DNA from: Vicugna vicugna
Taxonomy: Eukaryota
Direction of reading: 5' to 3'
NCBI GenBank assembly: GCA_013265495.1
Contig: MU057560.1
Span: 1,004,753 to 1,068,752 of the forward strand
Length of the DNA stretch: 64,000 bases
Below are positions 12,366 to 25,799 of this stretch, piece after piece. The notes beneath the pieces are model-generated. The model worked only from the letters and a program-made list of their open reading frames with translations, searched no databases and was not told where the DNA came from. Both the position numbers and the translations under genes were made by a program. How positions within the stretch are numbered: the stretch's first letter is position 1; each line of letters opens with the position of its first letter.

Positions 12366-14149
12366 GGGCTTACTGTTGTCATTTCTTATTGATAATTAGG
12401 TTAGTCCAGCTGGAGTCATAGCCACTCTGACTATTACCTGCTAGGCGGTCCTTAGTCAAGAGCTATAAACTATGCTTCTGACTTTATCAGGTGTTCATAT
12501 ATATATACACACACACACACACACATACACACATACATATATATATCCTTTGAAACAGTTTGGATGGAGCTTCCAAATAATTAAATTCAGATGAGCTTCT
12601 GCCTCTGATGCTTCCTTCTAACTAAGAAGGTAAACAAGTCATTTCTCATCAGCAAGTGTCGTGGTGGATATAACATATTTTAAAAGGAATCTCAACATTC
12701 TCCTTCAAATACTTCTTACAGCTGAGCTGCCAGATTAAAACAACAACAAAGCTTTAGTAACTAGCCTGTAATTAAACCCCAGGAAAAATGGAATTAGGAG
12801 ATAGAATTCTCCATAACCAGTAATCAGATCCCTGTTCTTGGTGATCAGTGCTCGCATTTTTCTCCCCATACGTGTCTTTTTAAAGATCACATAACCCGGA
12901 TGGGAGGTTTCCAAAGAAAACCCAGCTGCTGCCTCCCGTGATCGGGGTGGTGGTCCTCTCGCCAGGACCCGCTAATAACTAAACGCAGACACTCTTCTGC
13001 ATGAATTGAGCACTGTAATTCCTCAGATTTAAGTAGACAGTGTCCACAAGACATATCAGGAAATACTGATAAGAAACCAGAGGGAGAAGCGACTTATGGG
13101 ATTTAAATCGAGCAGGGACAGCTGAGATGTCCTTTTAAACTGTCCGCATTTTCCAAGGCTCAGCAAGCATTACCGTTCTATAAATAAGTGCACACTTCCA
13201 TATTTAGCACGTTAAGATAGGGGAAAAGTTGGTATAGGCAGGCGTCGCCTAAAATATACTCTAAGTAGCGCCAGCCTAGAGAGGCACCCAGGGATGAATG
13301 TCTTCCTGATCCACGTAAGCGTGAGTCAGGCTGTGTGTATCCGCTCCTCCTCAGGGATTTACAACAAACCTTAGCACAGAGAAGGCTGGAAGGGTTTTAA
13401 GAGAACTAATTTTGTTTTAATATCTTAACCCAGCAGTTTCCTAAAAATTGCTCAAGGCCAACACTTTTTATGACAAAGACTATTCCGCCAAAATATTCTA
13501 ACAATGCTTTTTTAATAGGTGAAAATTATGGGCTGTTGTCTTCTCTTCTAAAAAACTATACTAGGGGTACCATTTACTTGTACTTTCAAAAAATAATACG
13601 GAGCTAAAGAGATCTTAATGTCAGCGCCTGAGGCTAAGTCCTTCACGTGTGGACTGAGACACCGGTTCACATTCATGACCATTCGCAGGGGCTCATTTCC
13701 TTTGCTCACTTTCAGCTAAATTTACAGGATGAGAGGCTGCATCCCGTTACCCCCGCCGACACCCTCCTTTACAGCACGTGTCAGCTGTAACTTTTGTCTT
13801 TATACACTTTCCCTTTTACATCTCCCCTCCGGTGCCCCTTGTTAATCCAAGCCCTTTTGGTTTCCAAGGTCCGTGATAAATCCCATCTCAATTCAAAGAA
13901 CCTTCCCTAAAGATTCGCTTCTGTTTGTCTAGTTCAATAAACACTTATATGGTTAATTCACATTTGACCCTGGACTGTGGCTCAGCGATGTAAATCGGAA
14001 ACTTGTCTCCACCCTGAGGGTATCACAGTTGAGCAGGGAGGCAGCGGTACCCACAGGAAGCATGCGACGGGCAACGCTACAACGTCGGTGTGAGACGCGA
14101 TACTGGGAAGGGCATGACTGTGGCTGTTTAGGATACAAGCGCTGGCATC

Positions 14150-14620
14150 TTTGTGTGCCTTCTGCATGGGAAATTGCTATAACTTAGTTACCCCTTCTTA
14201 GAAAACACACACACATAAACACACACACACAGAATCACACACACATGCATATAATAGAATTTCAAAAGAAATCAATGATATTGTGTTGAATTACACATAT
14301 ATATTTAAAGAACCTATTTGTGATAAATAAATATATAGGCTTCTTTATCAATGCATTAAATGATTAAGTCACGAGATATAGGAGTATCTCTGATGACTGT
14401 CATAATTCTGAGGACAGAAACCCTATTTTAAGATCACCAAAGCGTATCCATCGTGGGGACCCAATCACAAGCACTGGCCAGCTCCTACCATCTGTTGAGT
14501 GTACTCACTGAATGTAAATTTCAGTCGGAGGCTAAAGAAATAAAAAAGCATTCTTTTCTATTAAAGTTCGTAGATTCCTCCTGAAGGTTATACAAGGGCC
14601 CTTCAAGGTTAAAAGCCCTA
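14150..14620. mobile_element. hAT-Charlie non-autonomous element (Charlie7/MER119-like)
   Basis: gcttctttatcaatgcattaaa...taaatttcagtcggaggctaaagaaataaa...aagttc...aggttaaaagccct. Confidence 0.6.
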
Positions 14621-15079
14621 TATACTGGGGCTCCTTGGTGAGCAAAACCTTCACCCAGAATCAAGAGGCAGTTTGTGAGAGACACGTAGCAGCTGTCCTA
14701 GCGGACGGAGGAATGCAGGGCACTGGAGGCAGATGAAAGATGAGAGCTGGGAAAACAAACACGAGTGATGGTGTGTTGCTGGTCTGTGAATTACACAGAG
14801 AGAGGGGTGCCTAGGGATGCTCAGAGGTGTATGAGGCCCAGAACACGAGGCCCTCTTCTGTCATTTACGACATAAGTGAAAACAAATCATATATATGTCA
14901 TATTGCATATGTATATCTGTGACATATATGGAAATATGGATTTCCTAGTTGAGTTACAAATTACTAAAAGTAAGTTTGCATCTTGTATTTTGTTTGTATG
15001 TTTCTCAACACAGTATTCCGCAAATCACAGATATCCAACAAATCTCTCTTATGTTAAAATCTTTCCTAATAGTTTTACT

Positions 15080-15400
15080 GGTGATGCACCCTAGGAAATA
15101 CATATCAAAATATGAATCCTCAATAATTATAAATCAAAGTGTTTACATAAGGAAATATTTAGACAAAAAGGCAAAGATCTATCTACTAAAATCTTTAATG
15201 CATCAGTGAAGCTTTGGAAATAAATGAAATAGGTAGACAATTGCTTAAGTAAATTATAGTGTGGGCACATGATGGAATATTATGTAGTCATTAACATCAT
15301 GATAAAGGTTGTTAAAAATATGGAATGTATTTACAGTATTCTGGACTTGAGAATGTCAGTTATAACATCATAAACACAGCTTGAGGCCATATTTGTACAG
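15080..15400 (+). mobile_element. Very old L1ME-like 3' remnant
   Basis: ttaagtaaattatagtg...atgatggaatattatgtagtcatt. Confidence 0.5.
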
Positions 15401-16469
15401 ACTTAAATACAAATTTGAATCATAAACAACGGCAAATTGCAATCGATTCTCGAGTAAGAGCACCAGTCGCACCTGGGCAGACACCCCAGGGCTGAGCCTG
15501 AAGTCACACGTTCATCCTTGGACTTTACCACCTTTCAAATATATCAATTTAAGAAAGTCAACCAGAGCAGAGAAGTGAAGGTTATTTGCAGAGTTTCTGA
15601 TTGAGAAGAGGAGTTTCCTTATAAATAAATGTGGGAAAAAATTAATTAATTAAGAAAAAAGTACACATTTTGTATAAATTTGGGATGCCTCCAAGTGGCT
15701 CCCAGTGCCCTGCCTTGCCCTCGCGTTGTCACACGGCTGCCCTCAGGTGCGATGCTCTGGGCAGGAGCCTGAGCGAAGGGCTGGGTGGTGCAGAGAACCC
15801 TCCAGCTTCTCACCGGTGCCTGAAGATGTTGCAGTAAAGAAAAACTTGAGGACCAGAAAAAGGACAACTGACTGGACCCACCTGGTTTTCATGTATTAAT
15901 ACTGTGAAGACGGGCAAACTGTTAAAAAATAAGAAGTGCATTGATTCTCTTGCCTTCTGTCCTTTGAACACGTTGCTCCTCCCCCTTGCAGTGTTCAGTT
16001 TTCTCTTCTGACGTCTCCCGTCCCCCTCCCCGTCCTCCCCGCTGTACACAGGTGGCACATGCTCAGCGCTATTTGGGCTTCCCTCCAGCTGGGGAGTCGT
16101 CCGCGATTCCTGGAGATTGAATTAGGTTAGATTGACCCCTTTGGGTTTCCCAGACTGTCTCATGTGTCTCCCATCGAAGTACTGACCTTGCTGCATTAGG
16201 CTTTTCTGTTTCCTCCCTTAGGCAGTAATATTGCTGCAGGAAAATGGGGTGGGAGAGGGTGGTCATGTTCTAGGTCTCCAGTGAGTCCCCAGGATGCACC
16301 TCACCAAGTGAGGGTCCTTGGCATCCAGCAAGAAAGAATTCAAGACTGAGCCATAGTAAAGTGAAAGTGGGCTTATGCAGGGAGATACATGCTCCATCGA
16401 CAGAGCACAGGCCGCCCCAGCAGGGAGAGCGGCCCCATGGCATGGGATTGCTCATTTTCATGGGCTGGG

Positions 16470-16656
16470 GGATTTCTTGTGCCTTGGCCTGGAAGATATT
16501 CCTCTGCCACCTCGCATTGTCCAGATTTCTATTTGTATTTTTAGGTAGATTAGTTACTTTTCTCAACCTTGGAGAGGTGGCCCTTTGTGGGAGACGTCCT
16601 GTGCATCCCAGCAGGACACTCCTCTCTTGCCACACAAGGGCCAGGGTCCAGCCAGC
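16470..16656 (-). mobile_element. L1 5' UTR/ORF1-start fragment inserted in the LTR
   Basis: Minus-strand translation RWQRNIFQAKAQE resembles the L1 ORF1p N-terminus (MRRQRNMFQxKEQD); flanked by tgggctggg repeats. Confidence 0.7.
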
Positions 16657-16726
16657 TGGGCTGGGTAATTTCATAGGCTAACAAGTGGAAGGATTGTTCC
16701 AACTATTTTGGGGAAGGGGTGGGGAT

Positions 16727-16735
16727 TTCCTGGAA
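16727..16735. promoter_or_regulatory. GAS (STAT) motif TTCCTGGAA in the MER41-like LTR
   Basis: Exact TTCNNNGAA match; function untested. Confidence 0.5.
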
Positions 16736-16989
16736 TTGGGCCCCACCCACTTTTGGCCGTTTATGGTCAGCCTGGGAACTGTTATGGCACCTGTGGGGGT
16801 GTCCTATAGCAGCTAATGTGTTATAATGAGCCTATAAAGAGGCTCAAGGTGCTGGAAGTTGAATCTTCTGCCATATTGGGCATAGTTGGTTCTAACCAGT
16901 TTTGTCATAGCCGCAGAAGCTATGTCATTCTTTCAATGGTTGTACCCCGTCCCCTTCCCTCCTGTCTCAGTATGACTGCATCAGAAACT

Positions 16990-17330
16990 GCTTGTGCACC
17001 TCTTCAGATGCCCTCAGGCTGCCCCATCTGCACAGCTGTAGGCTCTTGTCCCGGCTCATGCTCTGATCAGTGGTACCGAGGCCCAATGGCAAAGCGCCTC
17101 TTCATACTGGCATATTGAAGCCCAGCACACATCTTGCCCCTTTCTTGGGGCTGCCCTGATGCTGCTGAAGGCTGGGGAGCCATGCTATCCACCAGTGGGG
17201 CCACTCACACCCACAAGATGTTTGACCAATGACAGCCTGGAGACAGTGGGAAAAATCTGTTTGTCTTTCTCTCCCAACACACTGTCCTGAGAAATAGGTG
17301 CTTACATTGCCTCTTTCAAGGTTGTCTAGT
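16990..17330. mobile_element. Old ERVL LTR (LTR16/LTR33-like)
   Basis: ggggccactcac...tttgaccaatgacagcctggagacag...tcctgaga pattern. Confidence 0.45.
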
Positions 17331-19969
17331 TATATGAATAGATAAAATTACTCAAGCATTTGTGTAAAAAGGCAGAAGTACAAGGAAAGGTAGGCACCAG
17401 AGAGAACAGAAGACAAAACTACACGTCAGTATTGGGTTGTGCGCACTATGGTGAAATTTAGATGGAAATCCCGGCGTATTTTTAGAGGGCTGAGTTTTGA
17501 GCCCCTGAAGATGTAGACTAATTGGAAGGGGTCTAAACTACAAGGATAATGACTAAGAAGGGGGAAAGTCTGACTTACGGGAGGGAAAAACTTCGCAGGA
17601 CCAAGGCCTCAGCTTGGCTAAGGCAGGGGGTTGCAACTTAAAAACATCCCAAGATCAGGAAGACCCTGAAGGGAGAACAGCTAATTAACATGAAATCAGA
17701 GGGTGGAACCTAAAATATGGGAATGGAGGGGAAAGTATCCCAAGACGGTGCTGATGGAACCAAGATATTGGCAGTAAACCCTCCAGAGACCGAGAACGTC
17801 TGATTTTGGGGAGCACTGTTTTGATGGAAAGAAGTCTTCAGGTTGCCTACTGGTTCCAAGCCCTGAAACACAGAGTATGAGGCTAGAAATGGGCCTCTGA
17901 GCTCAGAACTACAGAATGAGCGGACAAACCAGATCAGCTTTCGTTCAGGCAAGGACGGCCTGATTGCAAGTTTTTACATTCATTTACAGGTGACCTACAG
18001 TGGAAAACCCAACCGAGCCTGCTTTGCTGGAAAGAAAGGAAAGAAGGGTCCGCAGGCCTGGTTTTAGGACACGTTCAGTCTGGGGGACGATCTGAAAAGG
18101 AGCACATCGCTTTTCACGATATCTGATCAACACACAAACAAATAAGGAAATGTTTACCATATAATCTCACAGGGGCTCTCTGTCTAAAATTTTATTTTTC
18201 CTCTTACAATAAAAAACATAAAATAAAAGCAGCCAAGCCAAAAACCTCTCTTTAAAAGAAAATCAAGCAAACAAATAAAAACCCCTCTCTTCAGTCAGAA
18301 GTGAGCTCTGTTTCTCTCGCACTCACAGGAAGCTCGGTCTAGTGACTCTTACCAGCCTGCACAGCAAGGGCTCTTTGCCTTTTTCTGTTTGTTATTTTTC
18401 CTAAATTTTGGGATCTCAGAAAAGAAGAACTCTGTACAATGATGGGGGAACCTAAGTGCACAGACTGAATTCAGGAAAGTGTCAGGAAGGGGGTCCGGCC
18501 CTGACGGCTAGCACGGCACCCCCCCCCCGTTTCCCTTCCACATGTTCATTTGGCTCCTTGATCATTCCCCCTCCTCCAGGCTCATTCCCGCATGCCCAGT
18601 CTGCTTAGAAGACCTTGGCCTTTGGAATACTCACCCTAAATCTCAGTTGAAATCTCGCCCCAAAGTTCAGCCCCAACTGCTCTTCCTCCACATACACAGT
18701 GTGTGTGATCGGCCTGATGGTCTGTCCTCCCCTTTGGCTCCTGCAGGCTTCCTCCTCCCTCCACCCTGATTCCAAACAGCGCTCTGCAGAGCCGGCTGCT
18801 CTCGCCTGGTGGGGCCTCCCAAGCGGCCCGTGAGGAGCGCAGTCCGCCGGCGCCGTCCCCGGAGGGGCTGACCGGGCAGCCCCGGGGCGCTGGGGCGAGG
18901 CTCTTCACCAGCTGCTCGCGTGTGTCCTCACGGGCAGTACTCGAGAGCTCCGGCCCAGACTCCAGGGCTGGCCTGAGTTTGCGTCTTTGCTGTGGTCCAC
19001 TCATCTCACGAAGCCTCCAGCCCCAGGGGCCATGTGACATCCTTACGTTGCTCTCCCCAGTGAGACCAGTACGGAACCTGCCCCTCTGGGTCTCAGTTTA
19101 ATAAGTGCTTCAGTACACAGAGCAAAGCATAGTTGGAAGGGGCATCACAGGTAAATCGGTTTTGCTTTTCCTTTCGAATTTTTTTTTTTTTTTTTGGAGA
19201 GGGAGCTGAAAATACACGTTGAAAGCACAGAGTTGTGTTAATAGAAGTGGTAATAAAGGAAAAGGAGTCTGTACACACACATCAATCAAATTCATTCAAA
19301 AACTGGGAACAGCGCTGGGACTCGTTAAGGAACAAATATGATGTGCCTTTGACCTTCGAGGCACTTGTCACTGGGGGGTAGGGCAGGTGTGCAAACCCCG
19401 GAGGCAACGGGAGCTGGACTGTGGGAGGGGAGGAAGCCGCCCCTGCACGCGGTCTGACGGGGGAGCAGGAAGGGAGGAATCTGGGAACTGGGCACAGAGA
19501 GCATTTCCAGAAAGCAGAGGGCCCACGGCCTGCGTGACGCCCCGAGTCGAGGGCGGGATGCAGACGGAAGTGGCTGCCGGGCCGCCCCTGCTCCTTCAGA
19601 GACCAGCACTGGGGGCAGCGCGTCCGCAGAAGGTTCTGTAGGTTACAAGCGAGGGACACCAGCAAAGAGCGGCCGTATCAGGTATCAGCTGAGATGAATG
19701 GAGGCATCAACAGGCCTCCTCTCCTTGGGTCAGGGAACAAAGACGCCATTTTCCGTAGCCAGGGATGTCTTCCATTGGCCACAGACCCCTGGCCACCCTG
19801 GCCACCATTATGGTGGTTTGGGACTTCATAAACAATCGCTGTTCTGTCACCAAGAAGCATGGAAGGCGACATTGGCAGGACCATAGTCTCTGAGCCCCGG
19901 GGGGCAACAGTGGTGCTTCCTAAGAAAAGGACCGTTTCTAAGCTGTAGCATCAGCTCTAAAGAAAATAC

Positions 19970-20144
19970 CTCTCGAAATCAAGTCCAGTGCATGGGATTC
20001 AAATTGTGCTCCATAGTACCTGCCCGCGACGCGATGCAGGTCACCGTGTGGTTCCGGCTGATGAAACACACTGTCGTCTCCACCACCCTTGCCGACCTCA
20101 TCACTATGTTCAGGCCCATCTCCAAGGAGCATGCAGTTCTCCGC
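19970..20144 (-). other. Candidate internal (probably 5' UTR) exon of a minus-strand gene
   Basis: Long polypyrimidine tract then TTTAAG|G at 20145/20144; donors CAG|GTACTA (20020) or GAG|GTATTT (19970). Confidence 0.4.
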
Positions 20145-21029
20145 CTTAAAGAAAAACAGACAGAAAAAGAAAAAAAAAGGTAAGGAAAATTTACTGAAAC
20201 GCACTGGTCAAGAAAATGCACAGAAGTAAGTATTTCTTATAAAAACAAGCACAAGCAAAAGCAGTTGGTGCAAATGTCCCCCAGGCTGCTCGGCCTGAAC
20301 GGCAGGTGCTGTGAGTGCCTGGCAGGGGGATTAAAGTCTTAGGACGAGTTGTAGGAGGTTTTCAGTTTCACCCCGGGGCTGGCTGTCCCCCAGGCCCAGA
20401 GGGCTGCCCTAATGAGGTGAGCCCTGGGCTTGAGTAGAGCTTTGCAGGCTCACCAAGAGCAGAGTCCCGGGAGAAAGACACAGATGGGACTTGACGGACC
20501 CTAAAAGGGAGGCATTACCTGCCGAAGTCACTGGGCAGCCACGATTATTGCAGGTCTCTGAGTTCATTGTCAATTAGAGTGGCAGTTAGAGCAAGCAGCA
20601 GCTGTGACAGATGGCTTCTCTCCAGCTAGTCGTGCTAATGGGACTGGAGCCAACTCAAAGCTTTTCTTCCCTCTGGAAGGGAAAAAAAAAAGAAAGAAAG
20701 AAAAGGACCCACATAGTTGTCAATTAGTCAGTGTCAAAGCGGGGAGAGCATTATTTCTACAAAGAGGTCGTTTATCTGTTTCCTTCTAACCAATTTTGTT
20801 TATCTGTTGCTTACTTCAAATCTATTTGAGCAGAACATGCAACGTTAGAAGACATTTCGCGCAGAACCTTTGTTCCGTGTGAACTTACAATACGGTCTCC
20901 TCATAACAGAGCCATTTCAATCAAGTGGTTCGCATTTTAATTGGCCAACTCTTTCCTCCCGGCTGGGGCCGGGATGCCATTCTCCCATTTACGTAGCACG
21001 TGGGATCAAAACACCAGGGGGATGATGCT

Positions 21030-22290
21030 GCATGGAGGGGCTCGCCCCCAGTAAAGTACAGCCCAGAGGGTCTGGCGCGCTCGCATCCGTGAGAAGAACC
21101 AACGCCGAGACCCCACCCGCCAGGCCCCCGCGTGTGCGCCGGGGACGCCGCGCGGGGCCGCGGGGCTACGGCCCCTCGCGCCGTGGCAGCGGCTCAGGTG
21201 TGTCGCGGCAGCTCCAGGGCACCGGGCTCGGCCAAGGGGGCAAACGCTAGGTCGCATGGAGCCAGCGACTGCTTGGAAATCAAAGCCGCGGAGTTCCGCT
21301 CTCCTCGGTGTGAGTGTGCCGGACCCTCGGCTTTGGGTTTGCGGGGCGGGGGTTCCGGATTCAGAGCTCAGGGCCCGCCTGCCGGACGGCCTCGCGGACT
21401 GCGTCCCCCAGGGTCTCGCCGTCGCCGCCGAGCGCCTGGAGCGGACGCGTGTCCCCCACGGCCGGGGGCTCTGTGCGGCTCCGCCCTGCCCTGCCCTCGG
21501 CTCAGCCGGTCCCGGAGCCGGAGCAGGGCCCCCGAGGCATCCTTCCCTCGAGGTCCGGAGGGCGGCCGGCCCTGAGCGACGCTCAGGCAGCTCCGGCCGC
21601 AGGGCCCGGCGGGCGAGGCGCTACGTCTGTCCGTCCGCCTGCCCCCTCCCCGGGCGCGGGGAGCTGGCCCCCCGCCCGGGCGCTGCCGCCCCGCAGGCCG
21701 GTCCCCGCCCTCCTCCCTCCCCGGCTTCTCCGCCGGGAGCCCGGGCCCCGCGGCTTCGGACGGCGCAGCGCCGCCAGCTGCGCGTCGCGCGGAGGCGGCG
21801 GCGGAGGCCGGCGTTCCGGAGACGGAAACCACGGTCACGGGGGGTTTGGGGCATCTTCGTCTCTCCCCCCGGCTGTGAACTGGGACGACCTTACACGGGA
21901 TTCCATTTAATAACGTCAGACAGACTGCTCCCTTTGCGGAACGGTTTTTCGTATTTTCTCCGTGTCCCCGTAACCCAGGCTCCACCGTTCCTGTGTTCAA
22001 AACTAGGTTTCCGCGGCGCTAGGAGACCTTCCGGAGGACGGCAAGATTGAGGGGTGCGGGGGTACCCGCAGTGGCGGGTTCTCAGCATCCCGCACCACCC
22101 CGCCTTCCCTCGCTCCCTGCCCCGAGGCCCCACTGCAACACGGTAGGCTGGCCCTGACCCCGTGCCCAGCCCCATCCCCTGCTCCTCCTCGTCCACTCCG
22201 AGCAGCAGCTCCGCAGGGCTCCCCGCTGGTCACCAGGCCTCCTGCCGCCTCCCCGGGGAGGCCGTGGCGCTCCTGCCGCCTGGCTCTGCC
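21030..22290. promoter_or_regulatory. CpG-island promoter, gene unidentified; probable minus-strand TSS near 21.8 kb
   Basis: Very high GC and CpG over >1.2 kb, GC boxes (ccccgccc, ggggcgggg), ETS-like ttccgg/cggaa near 21815-21827, G-rich minus strand at 21630-21760. Confidence 0.85.
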
Positions 22291-22519
22291 CCTGGCTGGT
22301 TGATGAGCCTCTTCCCACCTTCTGCGCTTCAGCTCACAACTGCTGTCTTTGTGGTACCTAAGTAAAGGCACGTACGCACCTGCCTCGCTCTGCGGTCTGC
22401 ATGACAGACATATCACCATCGCTGCCTTCCTCTTCCCCGGGTACAACTCTGCACTCCCACCCTAACCCCACTGAGCCTCGTCAAGGACACATCAGCAGCT
22501 CGCTGTGTCATTAACAGTA

Positions 22520-22720
22520 GCTGTCATTTATTAGGTGTTACGCTAAACACGTCTCCTGCACTACCTAATTAAAACTCACAACATCTTTGCAAGTATCCCT
22601 GCTCACAAAGGAAGAAAACTGGCTTTAAGAGACTCATACCTTAGACAGGGCGTGGTGGGATGGTGTCCGAGCCAGGTCCCTGTGACACAGAGCTGGGGGC
22701 CTCAACCACACGGCCTCAGA
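22520..22720 (-). mobile_element. MIR SINE
   Basis: tagctgtcatttattaggtg...ctcacaacatc...gtgacacagagctggggg. Confidence 0.55.
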
Positions 22721-25700
22721 GCCCCGTCAAGGCAGCTGTCAGGTCAGTGCAAGTGTCTGCCTGTTCATCTCGCCTCCAATCACGGCCCCGGGCCAGGAAG
22801 GCTGCCTCTAGCCACCACGTTCACCTGCAAGTGTAAATGTGCAGACTGCTGCTCTCAGCACTCGTAAGGTCAGCTTTTCCGATGTACGTATTAATAATGG
22901 AAATGAATGTGAGGGCACGCTGTGGGACTTCATAATGAATTGTGACGATTAGTTTTTCATTCATCTGTTTGGTCAGCCAGCCATTCAATAAGCCAGCTAT
23001 TTATTCTCTGAATGATTCCTTTTATAGAACATTCTTCTAGACAATGAGATACAAAGTGGCAGTCACTGCCTTCAAGGACCTTTCCTCATGCTACAGATAA
23101 GGAACTCGCTCAAGATCACATGGGGAAAACATTTTGCACACTAGTGGATGGACACTTCTCTTTAATAATATAAACAAACAACTACAACAGCAAACCCTAA
23201 ATTCCATCATCTTGTCCATCCTTCTTGGACATCAGATCTCTATGTCTTAAATTAAAATATAATTAAAAAGATAAGGCATTGACTTTTCCTTCTAATAACA
23301 TTTTAATATACAAATTTCATTGTTCTTTTTCAAATAGATTTTGCTAAAGGTAGGTGGGAAGGTAGCTGATGACTAGTTTAAAACGCCAAGTCCTCTGTCC
23401 TGAGCGGGTGCTCAAAAGTGCTCACCAAGAAATGTTGAGAAGAGTGGACCTCGGTATTTCATCATTATGAAAATTTCCAAAATACTTTTAATTTCACTGT
23501 TCACATCTCTTTTTACGAACACAGAATCAGCATCAAAGGCTGTACCTCAATGTTACACACACAGAGGGTACAGAGAAATGGAAAAACTCTCATACTTACT
23601 GAATCTTGTTTAAACTCAGTGGGTAAGTTTATCAGACTAAATCATTGGACCTTAAAGTTATTGCCTTTCCATCAAATTTCCCATTGTTGAACATCTTGTA
23701 TCAACAGATCTGTAATCTTATTCACATTAAAGCTGACTCTTAGTAAGTTAGCAGAGAAGTTTGTTTTTCATGTCTTGGTCTGCATGTAAAGATGGAATTC
23801 TAGGAGTTCCTAGAATGAGACACAAAGTGTGGGCATGATTTTATTTTAGGGATAAACTTACTTATGCATCAACAATCCACTTGAGATTAATCTTCTGTCA
23901 GTAGTTTAAGTTCTCTGTAACCATATAACTCATCCTTCACACGTGCCCACTGTCCAGGGGGCGATTTGATTTTGTCCCAGATTTGATCAAAGCTTACTTG
24001 TGCTTTCAGAGATCAAGCCCACGTATGAGAGTCCAGACCCTCCAGACTTTCTCATCCTGGTACTTCTGTATGAGAAGCTACCAGAAAAGAGCAATTACAC
24101 CAGACTTCATTTTTCACACCATGCTACAACAAGATGAAGGGTGGAGATGGTGAGCAGACGCAGTGAAGGGAGGTCACTTGAGGGAAAAAAAGGAATCCTA
24201 CACAGAGACCCCTCAGACCCCCTCTGGACCCTCACCCAGGCTGGGGGGGAGCCCACGCAGCACCTCTCCAGGACACTGTACCCAAAAGAAGCTTTTTAAC
24301 TCCTTGGAAACTCAAGATGTAGAATTCTTTTTTCCTTCATTGCCCTCACTTGTTGCATTTTCCCCCTACAGATTGAAGGAAAGTAAGGACTTGACCTAAA
24401 TAGTAAAGCAGAAGAGCAAGCAAGCTTACACCGTTGCAGTCTGAAGTCCTCTGAAACGAAATGGACCTCGATGGAAATCGTGGGTGAGGTGCTGTCTCCT
24501 TGCTGTTTGACCTCAAAAGTGCTATTTCTCACGATGTCTACTGAGATGATCTTGGAACTCTCACTGTTGACAAAAGTAAGTATTGAAGCCTGGGGTCTGA
24601 GTAAAAGTGTCAAATCGACACTGGGCAGGCCGTGTCATCGCCACCATCTATAGTGTCTCATTGAGGCGTCCAGGGTGTGGCACTTTGTCTCCCATCCTAG
24701 GTTCCCCTCCTCTAGAAGGAGCAGTCACACTTCTGTCCACTGTGGCTAGCGCAGAGGTAGATCCAGAGTCTGGCTGATAAGCAGAATCCTGAGTGATGAA
24801 AGATGGAGCTAGTGATGTCCATGCACCAAACCACAGTATGAGCACCAGTTCATCCTCTGAAATCTTACTCTGCGTGAAGATGAGCGTGATGTGGATGTAG
24901 AGGAAAAAGGCCCTGCCCTGCGTCCCGGCTCTCCTGGAGCAGTGCCACATTTGGGAAGACTGAGTCCCAGCGTCATGGCGGCCAGAGCAGTGAGGCATGG
25001 CAGCCGTGGACAGGGGATCTGGAGTCAGACAGCCCGGGGCCCAGCTCCTGCCCCACTGCTGCTGCTCAGAGACATTACCAGCACGTCTGTGAATCATGTT
25101 CATTGCCCTTGAGACAAGAAAGTAGCAGTCCCTATGCTGGGGCAGTTGTGAGATTATCAGCAACTGTTACATGGTCCCTGGCACATGGTGTGTGATTGAT
25201 AAAAAGACAGACTGGTTGAAAGAGCACCAATTATGAACCTATTTGAATATTCCCTGTGGGAAAATTATGAGGGCTTGAATTAAGACTTCATATTGGGATA
25301 GAAATTAGTAAAGCAGAAAATTTAGACCAACTTTCCTAATAAAATGGATAATTTTTTAAAGGTCTAAAATTACATCCCAGTACTAACCAAATGGTGAAGG
25401 ATCATAAGGCCAGAAAAAGAGAAAACATCAAGAACATACAGATAAAATTTCAAAACTCATATCTACTTACACCTCCAGGGCATCTGAGAGCCTGGAAGAA
25501 ATAGATGTGAAGACAGGCTGCGTCTTGGCAACTTCGGAGGGCAGGTGGGTCGGGTTAAATTCAAAGCTGTCTCCAGGTGGGGGCTCTGTTGATCATAATT
25601 CACTTTAAGTTTGTCCCCTCCAGGGAAGACGAACTCAGCCCGAGGGAAATCGGCCATCAGGCAGAAATGTCCGATGCCCAGGGGCATTGAAGCCTGAATG

Positions 25701-25799
25701 TGTACGAAGGTGGTCCTGGGGCAGAACTCTCTCAGCTTCCCGGCAGACAGGTGCAAGTGAGTATCATCCATGGGAAAGAGGGACAACGTTATAACCCTC

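Larger units (their letters stand above)
16232..16969 (-). mobile_element. ERV1 solo LTR, MER41-like
   Basis: TG...CA termini, 4-bp TSD-like atat/gtat, aggaaagaattcaaga-like U5 segment, gggctgggtaatttcataggctaa...gggatttcctggaattggg and ataatgagcctataa segments. Confidence 0.8.

Noticed and set aside
21006..22446. Overlapping 100-264 aa ORFs on both strands
   Set aside because: Arg/Pro/Gly/Ala-rich, stop-poor CpG-island sequence with no recognisable domain
24296..24613. Protein-like 105 aa minus-strand ORF (ILTFVNSESSKIISVDIVRNST...)
   Set aside because: No family recognised, non-ATG start, no convincing acceptor; a tBLASTn/PhyloCSF check would settle it
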